In this document: positions 20,014 through 29,344 of the stretch, piece by piece
Layout: the number at the start of each line of letters is the position of its first letter
Numbering within the stretch: position 1 is the first letter of the stretch
Source of the DNA: a virus
IMG/VR virus record: IMGVR_UViG_3300025137_003799
Location: 1-64,000 of that record
Direction: 5' to 3' (one strand)
DNA: 64,000 bases
Made by a program: the position numbers and the translations under genes
Notes under the pieces: model-generated
What the model saw: only the letters and a program-made list of their open reading frames with translations
Databases searched by the model: none
What the model was told of the DNA's origin: nothing

Positions 20014-20042
20014 TTGACAAAGTCTAAATAACATCATATACT
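20014..20042 (+). promoter_or_regulatory. sigma70-type promoter
   Basis: TTGACA-N17-TATACT; CTAAATA inside the spacer. Confidence 0.7.
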
Positions 20043-20076
20043 AAAACATAATACAAATTTAAAGGAGAACTCTAAC

Positions 20077-20829
20077 ATGAGTGCAACTAAAGACGTTATT
20101 CAAGATATCGTTAAAATGACAGCCGGTCTTGGCTTCATTAACGCAGTAAAAGTAACAGGTAATGATACCGAAACTACACTAGACGCTATGGATACAGAAA
20201 GAACTGTTATCCTTAAGGCAAAACTACATAATACACTTCCTGAGTTTGCAGGTGAGTTTGGATTAGGTAACTTGGGCTTTTTATCCGGTGTTAGTGCATT
20301 GCCTAACTACAAGGAAGATAGTGCAACTATTGACGTTGTAAGTAGAGAACGTAATGGTGTAAGTTCACCAGATCATCTAATGTTTAAGGACGCAGAAGGA
20401 AATACTGACCAGTATAGATTTATGTCCAAAGAGATTATTGATCAGAACTTACAAACTGTTAAGTTTAAAGGTACAGAGTGGGACGTTACTTTCGAACCTA
20501 CTAAGGCAAAGGTAGCTGAACTACAAGCAGTAGCAGGTATCTATGGTGGTATTGAGCCTAACTTTACAGTTAAAACTCTAGATGGTAATCTAGAAATTAC
20601 TGTTGGCGCCGCTGATGGTTCGTTTACAGGTAAACGTACATTCGCACAAAATGTAGATGGTGAACTTAACGAAGGTTATGCATGGCCACTTAATCAGGTA
20701 CTAGCAATTCTAAAACTTGGAATGACAGGTACATGTGTATTCCAAATTAGTAAACGTGGTGCATTGCAAATTAGTATTGATACTGGCATTGGCAAGTATG
20801 ACTATATCCTTCCAGCTCTAACGGTGTAA
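20077..20829 (+). CDS. putative DNA sliding clamp (T4 gp45-like)
   Basis: 250 aa; EFGLGNL and C-terminal ISKRGALQI...YDYILPA pattern; strong RBS. Confidence 0.6.
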   Translation: MSATKDVIQDIVKMTAGLGFINAVKVTGNDTETTLDAMDTERTVILKAKLHNTLPEFAGEFGLGNLGFLSGVSALPNYKEDSATIDVVSRERNGVSSPDHLMFKDAEGNTDQYRFMSKEIIDQNLQTVKFKGTEWDVTFEPTKAKVAELQAVAGIYGGIEPNFTVKTLDGNLEITVGAADGSFTGKRTFAQNVDGELNEGYAWPLNQVLAILKLGMTGTCVFQISKRGALQISIDTGIGKYDYILPALTV

Positions 20830-20832
20830 TTA

Positions 20833-22335
20833 ATGGCTAATAAAATTAACTTAACAGAACGTAATAAAGACTATTCAATATTCTTACCGAGTATTAGTAG
20901 TTTTTATGATCGTACTTTAAGTAGGTACAGACAGGATGGAGATAACTTCTTTCCTCCTGAACGTATTCCTGAAGGCTTTGAAAATGGTTTAGAAGGATGT
21001 GATTTCCTAAAAACTGATGCATACTACCAGTATAAATGGGGATTGTATTCGGCAGGTCATGCTCAACTGGATCTTAAAAAAGCTAATGATCATGATAGTA
21101 TGGTACAGAAACGTGAAAGAGATAAAACTTTTATCCTAGGCGATTCAGGTGGGTTTCAGATTATTAAAGGTGTTATCCAATGTGATTGGGATAACTTTAA
21201 AACAGATGATAGCCTACGTCATACTATTTTAAACTGGTTGGAACATACGGCAGACTATAGTATGATACTTGATATTCCTACTATGGCGGCTAGTGAACCT
21301 TATAAACAAAAGACAGGTATACAAAACTTCGGTGAGTGTTTAGATTATACACTTCATAACTGTAATTGGTTTGTAAAGAACAGACAGGGTAAAACAAAAT
21401 ATCTAAATGTTCTACAAGGTCGTAACAAGAATGAAGCTGATACATGGATTGATGCAGTAAAGCATTTACCTTTTGAAGGTTATGCATTTGGTGGTGCTAC
21501 TAAGTATGATCTCAATATTATGTTACATCACTTACTAAAGTTGAGAGATGAAAAGAAACTAGATCAAGGCGTATGTGATGTATTACACTTCCTAGGTACA
21601 AGTAAACTAGACTGGGCGGTAGCACTAACGGCAGTACAAAGAGCATTAAGAGAAACAGTTAATCCTGATATACAAGTTATGTTTGACTGTGCAAGTCCAT
21701 TTATTGCGACAGCAAAAGGACAAATGTACACACAACACGTTCATAAAAATGATCGATTTGGTTATGTAATGGATAGTGCAACAGATGATAAACGTCTAGC
21801 AGGAAGTAATATACAGTTTCCATGGTCAAGTCCTGTAGGTGATAGACTTAAAATGAAAGACATATGTTGGTATAAGCCAGGTATGTTAAACAAAATTGGT
21901 AAAGAAGGCAAAACAAGTTGGGATAGTTTAACTTATTTCTTATTGATGTCGCACAACGTTTACCAACACATTGAATCAGTACAAAGAGCTAACGAATTAA
22001 CTGATGCTGCCAACATGATAAATACAGTTAACCACAAGCATTGGCGTAAATTAAAGAGTGCTAGTAAAGAAGAACAATTCTCACCATGGGTGCCTAGAAA
22101 CATTCTGTATATTACACAGTTTATTGATCAATTATTTAAAAGTGAAACTCCTTATCAGATGTTACAAGAAGCGGCTCCAATGTTAGCAGACTTTAATGGT
22201 AAGAAGAGTTTGGCATCAAGTGCCGATAGTTTCAGCAGTTTGTTTGAAACAGAAGAAGTGCAAAGTGATGTGATTGGTGAATTCAGTACAGAGCAAGAAG
22301 ACGAAGCAGAGGAGTTTCTGCAAGAAGTTTCATAG
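20833..22335 (+). CDS. dpdA: TGT-fold 7-deazaguanine DNA transglycosylase (DpdA-like)
   Basis: LGDSGGFQ, MILDIP, VLQG, HFLG and FDCAS TGT motifs; clustered with queD/folE/queE. Confidence 0.75.
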   Translation: MANKINLTERNKDYSIFLPSISSFYDRTLSRYRQDGDNFFPPERIPEGFENGLEGCDFLKTDAYYQYKWGLYSAGHAQLDLKKANDHDSMVQKRERDKTFILGDSGGFQIIKGVIQCDWDNFKTDDSLRHTILNWLEHTADYSMILDIPTMAASEPYKQKTGIQNFGECLDYTLHNCNWFVKNRQGKTKYLNVLQGRNKNEADTWIDAVKHLPFEGYAFGGATKYDLNIMLHHLLKLRDEKKLDQGVCDVLHFLGTSKLDWAVALTAVQRALRETVNPDIQVMFDCASPFIATAKGQMYTQHVHKNDRFGYVMDSATDDKRLAGSNIQFPWSSPVGDRLKMKDICWYKPGMLNKIGKEGKTSWDSLTYFLLMSHNVYQHIESVQRANELTDAANMINTVNHKHWRKLKSASKEEQFSPWVPRNILYITQFIDQLFKSETPYQMLQEAAPMLADFNGKKSLASSADSFSSLFETEEVQSDVIGEFSTEQEDEAEEFLQEVS

Positions 22336-22344
22336 GAGGAACAT

Positions 22345-22536
22345 ATGTCAATAGATAGTTTAAAAAACCATTTGAAGGCAATAGAAACCAAACACCGTAA
22401 CATTGATACGATTGTTAATGAAATGACTAAGGCTTTAACATGTGATGACCGCAAGTTAAAGAAACTAAAAACAGAAAAACTTAACTTAAAACAACAGATG
22501 ATAAGGATCTCAAATGAGATACAACAAACTACTTGA
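22345..22536 (+). CDS. DUF465/YdcH-like coiled-coil protein
   Basis: LKAIETKHRNID...LKKLKTEKLNLKQQM. Confidence 0.6.
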   Translation: MSIDSLKNHLKAIETKHRNIDTIVNEMTKALTCDDRKLKKLKTEKLNLKQQMIRISNEIQQTT

Positions 22537-22561
22537 CAACAGTATTGTTTGTTGCTATACT
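22533..22561 (+). promoter_or_regulatory. sigma70-type promoter
   Basis: TTGACA-N17-TATACT. Confidence 0.7.
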
Positions 22562-22584
22562 AACAAATGTAGAAGGAGAATAAC

Positions 22585-22764
22585 ATGGCTACAAAAAAGA
22601 TCAGACTAACAGATGTAGACGCAGAAACAGAGGTTCCTGCAGTTACTTCAGCACCAGTAGAACTTGATAGTGCTTTCTGGCAGAAATATGCCGAGGCAAT
22701 TGATTGGAAACTTTGGGAAATTTTAAAACTACTTAGAGCACAAGCAGAAAAAGATAAGGAATAG
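22585..22764 (+). CDS. small hypothetical protein (59 aa)
   Basis: AAGGAG RBS; MATKKIRLTDVD...AIDWKLWEILK. Confidence 0.65.
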   Translation: MATKKIRLTDVDAETEVPAVTSAPVELDSAFWQKYAEAIDWKLWEILKLLRAQAEKDKE

Positions 22765-22766
22765 TA

Positions 22767-23165
22767 ATGACTATTGAAATATCACAACGTCAGATTTGGG
22801 TAACATTTCAGAAAGAGGGTATACACTTATACCCTGCCGCAATTAATGATCCAGCACTGGCAACCGGTGGAGCCGATGATGTAAGTTTTCTAGGATATGC
22901 ACACAGACATATCTTCCACTTTAGAGTAGCTATTGATGTCTTCCATGACGACAGGGATATTGAATTTATTCAGTTCAAACGTTGGCTGGAAAGTTTATAT
23001 TCAGATGGCACAATTGAACTTAACCATAAGTCATGTGAAATGATTGCAGAAGAATTAGCACAACAGATTCACACAAAATATCCTAACCGTTCTATTACAA
23101 TTACTGTTGCTGAGGATAACGAGAACGGAGCAACACTAACCTTTAATCCCACAGAGGAAAAATAA
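22767..23165 (+). CDS. queD: QueD-like 6-carboxytetrahydropterin synthase (T-fold)
   Basis: HRHIFH, DRDIEF, SCEMIAE and VAEDNENG; context with folE/queE. Confidence 0.7.
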   Translation: MTIEISQRQIWVTFQKEGIHLYPAAINDPALATGGADDVSFLGYAHRHIFHFRVAIDVFHDDRDIEFIQFKRWLESLYSDGTIELNHKSCEMIAEELAQQIHTKYPNRSITITVAEDNENGATLTFNPTEEK

Positions 23166-23166
23166 A

Positions 23167-23478
23167 ATGTCAAATGTATTCATTGGCGGAATTTATACAC
23201 TAAGAGATATTAAGTATGATCTACTTAAAATCATCGAGCCATATGATGGTGAAATGTATAATGAGAAGGAAACAGAAACAGTTACTAAATTGTTTACTGC
23301 CTTCTTAAGTGACTTGCAAAAAGCATACAAGTTACGAGAATTCCAAATAGAAGTAACTGATAAAACAAATGCAGTTACTTTTGATCTAACTATTAGGATT
23401 CATAGAGATCGTAGTCCTAAGAAGTTAAAGATACATGTGGGTCGTATGGTACACTTTAGAGATAGAGTGGCCGCATGA
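23167..23478 (+). CDS. hypothetical protein
   Basis: coupled ORF in the deazaguanine operon. Confidence 0.6.
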   Translation: MSNVFIGGIYTLRDIKYDLLKIIEPYDGEMYNEKETETVTKLFTAFLSDLQKAYKLREFQIEVTDKTNAVTFDLTIRIHRDRSPKKLKIHVGRMVHFRDRVAA

Positions 23479-24521
23479 CAATCTACATTGTAGATATTGA
23501 GGCTGTGGAGAGTCGCTATACCGCTCAGTGGAAAAAGTTTCTGCCAGAGCAAATGAAAGCACACTTGGATACAACGGAAGTTGTAGTTATAAGTGGTGGT
23601 GAAGTTCCTCAGGCTACAACGCCTGGGGCTTTTCTTAACTTTGGAGGTACAAATGTATACAAAAGTAGCCAACTTATGCAGATCGCTACTATGGTTTGTA
23701 ACGGAGATATTAAAACTGGCGATTACTTTCTCTATACTGATGCTTGGAATCCTACTGTTATCCAACTCCGCTACATGGCTAGGCTTCTTGGGCTTGATAT
23801 CCGCATTGGTGGCCTGTGGCATGCTGGTAGCTACGATCCTCAGGATTTTCTCGGTAGACTTATAGGAGATGAAGACTGGGTACGGAATGCAGAAGCAAGT
23901 ATGTTTGACTGCTATGACGACAATTACTTTGCAACACAATTCCATGTAGACTTATTTAGAAAAAGTTTCCATGATGTAGATGAAGACAAAGTACAGATTG
24001 TTGGCTGGCCAATGGAATATTTAAAAGATGAAATTACGCCATTTGGTGGCAAGGATAAGTTTGATATGATCCTATTTCCACACAGAGTGGCACCGGAAAA
24101 ACAAGTGGATATATTTAAAGATCTAGCACTACATATGCCTGACTATAGATTTGTAGTAGCACAAGAGTTTCCATTATCAAAAGAAGAATACCATAATTTA
24201 CTAGCAACAAGTAGAATGGTTTTTAGTGCTAACCTACAGGAGACATTAGGAATTAGCTGGTACGAAGGTGCTTTAGTTGATACAATTCCATTTGTGCCTG
24301 ATAGGCTTAGTTATAGCGAAATGGCTACACCAGAAGTATTATATCCAAGTGAATGGACAGAAGACTGGGATAGTTATATTGCGAACAGAGATAAGTTAAT
24401 CGAACGTATGAGAGAAGTACTCGATTATCCAAACACACCTGAAGTCTGCAAAAACGTAGTTGATAAACTACAGGACTTCTTTAATGGAAAACAACTATAC
24501 AATACAATAAAAGGAACATAG
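23475..24521 (+). CDS. GT-B fold glycosyltransferase
   Basis: FPHRVAPEKQ and QETLGISWYEG (ExFG..xxE-like) GT-B motifs. Confidence 0.7.
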   Translation: MTIYIVDIEAVESRYTAQWKKFLPEQMKAHLDTTEVVVISGGEVPQATTPGAFLNFGGTNVYKSSQLMQIATMVCNGDIKTGDYFLYTDAWNPTVIQLRYMARLLGLDIRIGGLWHAGSYDPQDFLGRLIGDEDWVRNAEASMFDCYDDNYFATQFHVDLFRKSFHDVDEDKVQIVGWPMEYLKDEITPFGGKDKFDMILFPHRVAPEKQVDIFKDLALHMPDYRFVVAQEFPLSKEEYHNLLATSRMVFSANLQETLGISWYEGALVDTIPFVPDRLSYSEMATPEVLYPSEWTEDWDSYIANRDKLIERMREVLDYPNTPEVCKNVVDKLQDFFNGKQLYNTIKGT

Positions 24522-24525
24522 TATA

Positions 24526-25218
24526 ATGACAAAGACTTCCGATAAAATTAAACAAAGACTTGAAGATAACAACGTTAGGTATTGGGCTAACGACAACATT
24601 GCTGATTACATCGAAGAAGGTGAGAAACAAGCATTGATTGATGAGGCAGTACCTGCCTTTGAAAACGTATTACAAAGTTTACTTATTGATACAAAAACAG
24701 ATCCTAACAGTATGGATACTGCAAGGCGTATGGCAAAAATGTATATCAATGAGATTATGTCTGGTAGATATGAGCAAATGCCTAACCCTAGTAGTTTTCC
24801 TAACTACATTGAAGGTGGCTATGAAGGTATGTTGGTAGTGAGAAGTGAGCTTACAAGTTTATGTTCGCATCATCATCAGACAGTAAAAGGCGTAGCATAC
24901 ATTGGTATTATTGCAGGACCTAAACTATTGGGACTTAGTAAGTATTCAAGAATTGCACAATGGTGTGCAATGCGAGGCACACTACAAGAAGATCTAAATG
25001 TTATGATTGCCAATGAAATTCAGAAAGAAACTGGAACAGAACACGTTGGTGTTTATATCCAAGCAACACATGGTTGTTGTGAAAATAGAGGAATTAGAGC
25101 TCATAGTAGTTTAACACAAACAACAGTTCTACGTGGAGCATTTAAGGATGATCCATCAGTAAAGAAAGAATTTACTGACAATGTGAAACTACAACAAGAG
25201 TTTGCACAGAAAAATTAA
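24526..25218 (+). CDS. folE: GTP cyclohydrolase I
   Basis: DTARRMAKMY, SLCSHH, GLSKYSR, LQE and ATHGCCENRG. Confidence 0.95.
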   Translation: MTKTSDKIKQRLEDNNVRYWANDNIADYIEEGEKQALIDEAVPAFENVLQSLLIDTKTDPNSMDTARRMAKMYINEIMSGRYEQMPNPSSFPNYIEGGYEGMLVVRSELTSLCSHHHQTVKGVAYIGIIAGPKLLGLSKYSRIAQWCAMRGTLQEDLNVMIANEIQKETGTEHVGVYIQATHGCCENRGIRAHSSLTQTTVLRGAFKDDPSVKKEFTDNVKLQQEFAQKN

Positions 25219-25230
25219 AGGAGGAACAAT

Positions 25231-25422
25231 ATGTTCTCAAGTATTAAAAATATGTTCAAGACAATTTTTGGCGGCAATGCTGAAACTGTGGAAAGCATAG
25301 ACAAAGTAGACAATCCAAATATGACTACACCTGTAGTTATTAAAGCCCCCAAGAAGCCTGCTCCCAAAAAGAAGGCGGCTCCTAAGAAAAAATCGACTGC
25401 TAAGAAAAAAGCAAAGTCGTAG
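25231..25422 (+). CDS. small Lys/Ala/Pro-rich basic protein
   Basis: AGGAGG RBS; KKPAPKKKAAPKKK tail. Confidence 0.6.
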   Translation: MFSSIKNMFKTIFGGNAETVESIDKVDNPNMTTPVVIKAPKKPAPKKKAAPKKKSTAKKKAKS

Positions 25423-25433
25423 ATTTCCCCCCT

Positions 25434-25470
25434 GGTGAAGCCAGGGTAACAACTGGCTTCACCCTTTTAA
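25434..25470 (+). terminator. intrinsic terminator
   Basis: 11-bp stem GGTGAAGCCAG/CTGGCTTCACC followed by CTTTT. Confidence 0.7.
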
Positions 25471-25482
25471 TTGGAGAAGAAT

Positions 25483-25698
25483 ATGAAAGACCCTGTTATA
25501 CAAGATTTAGTAGACGAATTCTATCTAAACGTAGCTCAACTTAATAAGACTTGGGCTAAGTTAACAAGCAAAGGTGTATGGATTAATACACAAGTGGAAG
25601 GTGAACACACTTTTGGTTCGCTAAAAGAGATTACTGTCTTAAAGGTAGAAGAGACAGTTGATTACTCAAAAACAAGGAAAACTAAAAATGGTAAATAA
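25483..25698 (+). CDS. hypothetical protein
   Basis: GGAG RBS before ATG 25483. Confidence 0.55.
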   Translation: MKDPVIQDLVDEFYLNVAQLNKTWAKLTSKGVWINTQVEGEHTFGSLKEITVLKVEETVDYSKTRKTKNGK

Positions 25699-26212
25699 GG
25701 TTCATTATACTTGGAAAGATATAGAACATATGATCCAGGTTATTAACAATCTAATGTTTATGGATGGCTGGAAGCCTGATTATGTTGTGGGATTAACACG
25801 TGGCGGGCTTGTTCCTGCTACAATCATTTCGAACATGACTAACATACCAATGTATGCACTTGATGTAAGATTTAGAGATACTGGTGGTAATTATACAGGT
25901 CCTGAGTCTAGTGGTTGGATGGCTTCAGATGCAAGAGGCGAAGGCCCTGCAGGAGTTACTGGTGATCACTACAAAAAGAACATACTTATTATTGATGATA
26001 TCAATGACACTGGCAAAACTCTACAGTGGATTAAAGAAGACTGGAAAACAGATTCTTCTTGGGGAGATAATGTGAGAACTGCCTGCTTAATTGATAATGC
26101 AGTAAGTGGCTTTGATAGTTTAGATTATACTGCACTTGAAATAAACAAAGAAGAAGATCCTGTTTGGATTGTATTCCCCTGGGAAGGCGAACGAGACTAT
26201 GGGTGTACCTGA
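25688..26212 (+). CDS. type I purine phosphoribosyltransferase (Gpt-like)
   Basis: VGLTRGGLVP, ILIIDDINDTGKT PRPP loop and WIVFPWE. Confidence 0.9.
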   Translation: MVNKVHYTWKDIEHMIQVINNLMFMDGWKPDYVVGLTRGGLVPATIISNMTNIPMYALDVRFRDTGGNYTGPESSGWMASDARGEGPAGVTGDHYKKNILIIDDINDTGKTLQWIKEDWKTDSSWGDNVRTACLIDNAVSGFDSLDYTALEINKEEDPVWIVFPWEGERDYGCT

Positions 26213-26378
26213 TAAACTTTCAGTACCGGAAATGTATGAGAATATCAGTTTACGTTTAGAGATAATAAGTGAAATAATGGATGAACTACTAGAAGAATAC
26301 CCCACTGAGCGACATAGAATACCAGTTGAAACAAGAGTACAACAAAAACTTATGCTCAGAAAACTAGCAGGAGAGTGA
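26169..26378 (+). CDS. hypothetical protein
   Basis: fills the gap between genes; start uncertain. Confidence 0.45.
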   Translation: MYSPGKANETMGVPDKLSVPEMYENISLRLEIISEIMDELLEEYPTERHRIPVETRVQQKLMLRKLAGE

Positions 26379-26379
26379 A

Positions 26380-26955
26380 ATGGCAAAAACATTTACTGTA
26401 GAAATATTTGGTTACGGTGCTGAAATGTGTGTCGGTAAAATTACTAAAGAACAATATGAGTTTTGGGAAGATCAAGATGAAGAGGTTACAATAAACCATG
26501 CATTTTGGGATCCTTATGAAACAGACTCAGACGATGAACACCCTAACCCAATAACTGATGATGCTGATCCACGTTTCCTGGGATACTGGCATGAATGTGA
26601 TGACATAGAACATTGCAATGGTGCAATGTTTGATGGCCTAACTGTTGTTATAACAGATGAAGATGGCAAGGAAGTATATAACGAACACGATATCGAATGT
26701 GATTTTGAACACATTGATAAAGATGATCTAGAGCCTGGATACTATGTACATGGTTGGAGCTCAGAAAAAGGTGGATTCTTTACTGGTGAATTTGAAGCAG
26801 AAGAGTTTGATATAACAAAGCTAACATTCTCAGGTACAGATATATTAGGCGACCAAATGGTTGATAGTGTCATGTATAATGATGAGTATATTGATAATGA
26901 AGGTGGTGACACTAGGGGCAAAGGTAGTGGAATCGAATTCTTTGAAGTTATCTAA
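26380..26955 (+). CDS. acidic hypothetical protein
   Basis: AGGAG RBS; very D/E-rich; SSEKGGFF. Confidence 0.65.
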   Translation: MAKTFTVEIFGYGAEMCVGKITKEQYEFWEDQDEEVTINHAFWDPYETDSDDEHPNPITDDADPRFLGYWHECDDIEHCNGAMFDGLTVVITDEDGKEVYNEHDIECDFEHIDKDDLEPGYYVHGWSSEKGGFFTGEFEAEEFDITKLTFSGTDILGDQMVDSVMYNDEYIDNEGGDTRGKGSGIEFFEVI

Positions 26956-27514
26956 TAGTTATCCTAGAGGTAAATTAGAGGTAATTGCAGGGCCAATGTT
27001 CGCTGGAAAGAGTAGCGAACTACTAAAACGTCTACTATTCATTGAACATAGTGGATATAAAATAATAGCTTTAAAGCCAGTAGTAGACGATAGATACGAT
27101 ACCAAAAGCATTGTAACTCATAACCAATTGAGTCACGATGCTATTTCTGTAATTGACTTAGAATTAGTCAAGGACAATTATACAATAAAACCATATAACT
27201 TCCATACTGTATTCATAGATGAGGTACAGTTTTTCGATACCAAAGAAGCAGTATGGTTTGTAGAAGAAGGACTTAGGGAAGGCGTAAACTTTGTATGTGC
27301 TGGTTTAGATCAGGACAGTAGAGGTGTTCCATTTGAGACAACGGCTAGACTATTAGCACTAGCTGATGAAGTTATTAAGATTACTGCTTTCTGTAATGTA
27401 TGCGGACAGTCAGCAAGTAAAACACAAAGACTAAGGGATAGTGGAGGAAGAGTTGCTGTCGGCGGCGTTGGACAATATGAACCCAGATGTCATACACATT
27501 GGATAAGCAAATAA
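26861..27514 (+). CDS. tdk: thymidine kinase
   Basis: GPMFAGKS, FIDEVQF, AGLDQD, CxxC and YEPRC; true start probably near TTG 26942. Confidence 0.93.
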   Translation: MIVSCIMMSILIMKVVTLGAKVVESNSLKLSNSYPRGKLEVIAGPMFAGKSSELLKRLLFIEHSGYKIIALKPVVDDRYDTKSIVTHNQLSHDAISVIDLELVKDNYTIKPYNFHTVFIDEVQFFDTKEAVWFVEEGLREGVNFVCAGLDQDSRGVPFETTARLLALADEVIKITAFCNVCGQSASKTQRLRDSGGRVAVGGVGQYEPRCHTHWISK

Positions 27515-27529
27515 CAAAAGGGAAATATA

Positions 27530-27694
27530 ATGGATACTAAAGAACAAGATGAGTACAAACGTCAAATACAGGAATACTTTGAAAAAGGTGGCAAGATAAC
27601 TTATTGTGAACCTGAAGCAAGAACGGCAGAAATAACTTACAAATTTCAACGTGGCAGAAAGAAAGCCCAACCCAAAGAGGAAGATTCCGAATGA
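27530..27694 (+). CDS. small protein with EYFEKGGKI motif (54 aa)
   Basis: RBS plus ATG; stop overlaps the rpiB start. Confidence 0.6.
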   Translation: MDTKEQDEYKRQIQEYFEKGGKITYCEPEARTAEITYKFQRGRKKAQPKEEDSE

Positions 27695-28128
27695 GAATAG
27701 CAATCGGTAGTGACCATGGAGGTTACGAACTAAAACAAAAAATAAAAGAATATCTAAGTACAACTGAACATGCTTTTGTGGACTTAGGATGCACAGACGA
27801 AACCAGTGTAGACTATCCTGACTATGCAGAAAAGGTTGTACACTATGTATCACACAACGGATATGATTGTGGTGTATTGTTATGTGGCACAGGACAGGGT
27901 ATGGCAATGTGTGCTAACAAACACAGAAAAATAAGAGCGGCATTGTGTACCGATATAAACATGGGAGAACTTGCACGTTCACACGGAAACTGCAATGTAC
28001 TATGTATGGGTGGACGTATTACTGATCACACTCTTGCAATCGAAATACTAAAAAAGTTTATAGAAACAGAATTTGATGGTGGCAGACATCAAGACAGGAT
28101 CTCAAAATTTAGTGAACATGTATTATGA
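27691..28128 (+). CDS. rpiB: ribose-5-phosphate isomerase B
   Basis: GSDHGG, DYPD, CGTGQG, ANK, RxHxNxNVL and FDGGRH. Confidence 0.95.
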   Translation: MRIAIGSDHGGYELKQKIKEYLSTTEHAFVDLGCTDETSVDYPDYAEKVVHYVSHNGYDCGVLLCGTGQGMAMCANKHRKIRAALCTDINMGELARSHGNCNVLCMGGRITDHTLAIEILKKFIETEFDGGRHQDRISKFSEHVL

Positions 28129-28883
28129 ACTATTGTATAGCAGTATTTGGTTGTGGCTTTGTTGGTGAAACTGTTGCTAAGTTTTTAGAAAAAAACCATG
28201 TAGAAGTTATTAGAGTTGATCCAGAGTTGTATGCAAGTAACAATCCACAACAAGCAATAGAAGAAGCAGATGGTATTATTATAGCAGTACCAACACCCAG
28301 CAATAAAGACGGAACATGTGATGATAGCATTGTGCAATCAGTAATGGAAGCAATTCCACTTGATCATAAGGTTTTACTTAAAAGCTCTGTAACGTTTGAA
28401 TGTCTACGTGACTATGAGGATAATGTAGTATACAATCCAGAGTTCCTACGTGAAGCATCAGCAGAAGAAGACTTCTATCAGCAGGAACAATTTATACTTG
28501 GACATAGGAACAACAGAAAAGATGCTGAATGGTGGGAAGACTTGTTTAGTGAATGTTTTGGACATAAACTAAATACTGTATACTGTACTACGGAAGAAGC
28601 AAGTATGATAAAGTACACTCACAATGCCTTCCTAGCAACAAAGGTAGCATGGTTTCATGAACTATATGCAAATATGCCAGCTGGAATAGACTATAATAAA
28701 ATAACAAAAGCTCTAGGTAATTTTAGTCGTATAGGTCCTGATATGATGAAGGCACCAAATGCACAAGGAAAACTAGGATATGGTGGAAGTTGTTTCCCTA
28801 AAGATGTTAAGGCACTAACGAAAGTTATTGATCATGACATATTAGAACAAGTTAAAAAGACAAATAGGAAACTAAATGGATAA
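28125..28883 (+). CDS. UDP-glucose/GDP-mannose dehydrogenase family (no C-terminal domain)
   Basis: GCGFVG, AVPTP, YNPEFLRE, KYxxNAFLA and GYGGSCFPKD. Confidence 0.88.
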   Translation: MNYCIAVFGCGFVGETVAKFLEKNHVEVIRVDPELYASNNPQQAIEEADGIIIAVPTPSNKDGTCDDSIVQSVMEAIPLDHKVLLKSSVTFECLRDYEDNVVYNPEFLREASAEEDFYQQEQFILGHRNNRKDAEWWEDLFSECFGHKLNTVYCTTEEASMIKYTHNAFLATKVAWFHELYANMPAGIDYNKITKALGNFSRIGPDMMKAPNAQGKLGYGGSCFPKDVKALTKVIDHDILEQVKKTNRKLNG

Positions 28884-29325
28884 GTTATTTTGTTTTGGAT
28901 GTGATTCTAATAAATGGCCTGATATAGTAGCAAAGGGTTTAGAGTTAGAATTAGTGCATAGTCGAGGTAATACTAATAAAGAAATATGGGAACGTGTTCA
29001 GTATTACTTCTTTAACCAAAAAACTACAAAAGATCTAGTTATAATACAATGGACTTACTTGGATAATCAATCCTTAGAATGTATTACTAATACTAACTTG
29101 TTAATACATCATACAAATCTAATGCTTAACAAACATGGAATAGAAAACTATAACTTATTTGTTAGAAGTGGCTTTCCTAGAGAATTGTTTAATGATGTTC
29201 AGTTTTTAGATTGCCGTAGAGATGAATGTTCAGAACAACAACACGGACAAAATGTACTAGAAGAAATAAAAAAGGCTAAAGAAACCTTGACAATGTATGT
29301 AAATAGTAGTATAATGGAACAATAA
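28876..29325 (+). CDS. hypothetical protein (degenerate SGNH-like)
   Basis: FGCxS..WP, DLVIIQWT; short. Confidence 0.45.
   Translation: MDKLFCFGCDSNKWPDIVAKGLELELVHSRGNTNKEIWERVQYYFFNQKTTKDLVIIQWTYLDNQSLECITNTNLLIHHTNLMLNKHGIENYNLFVRSGFPRELFNDVQFLDCRRDECSEQQHGQNVLEEIKKAKETLTMYVNSSIMEQ
29287..29315 (+). promoter_or_regulatory. sigma70-type promoter
   Basis: TTGACA-N17-TATAAT upstream of queE. Confidence 0.75.
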
Positions 29326-29344
29326 TAGTACAAAGGAATAATAA

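Noticed and set aside
20833-22335. Canonical tRNA-guanine transglycosylase for queuosine
   Set aside because: No CxCxxC zinc motif of bacterial Tgt, and the context next to a clamp-like gene favours a DNA-acting DpdA; not fully excluded
23400-23945. 181-aa antisense ORF, and similar antisense or alternate-frame ORFs such as 11308-11787, 27431-27907 and 7209-7640
   Set aside because: They are shadows of well-supported plus-strand genes, with no motifs or RBS
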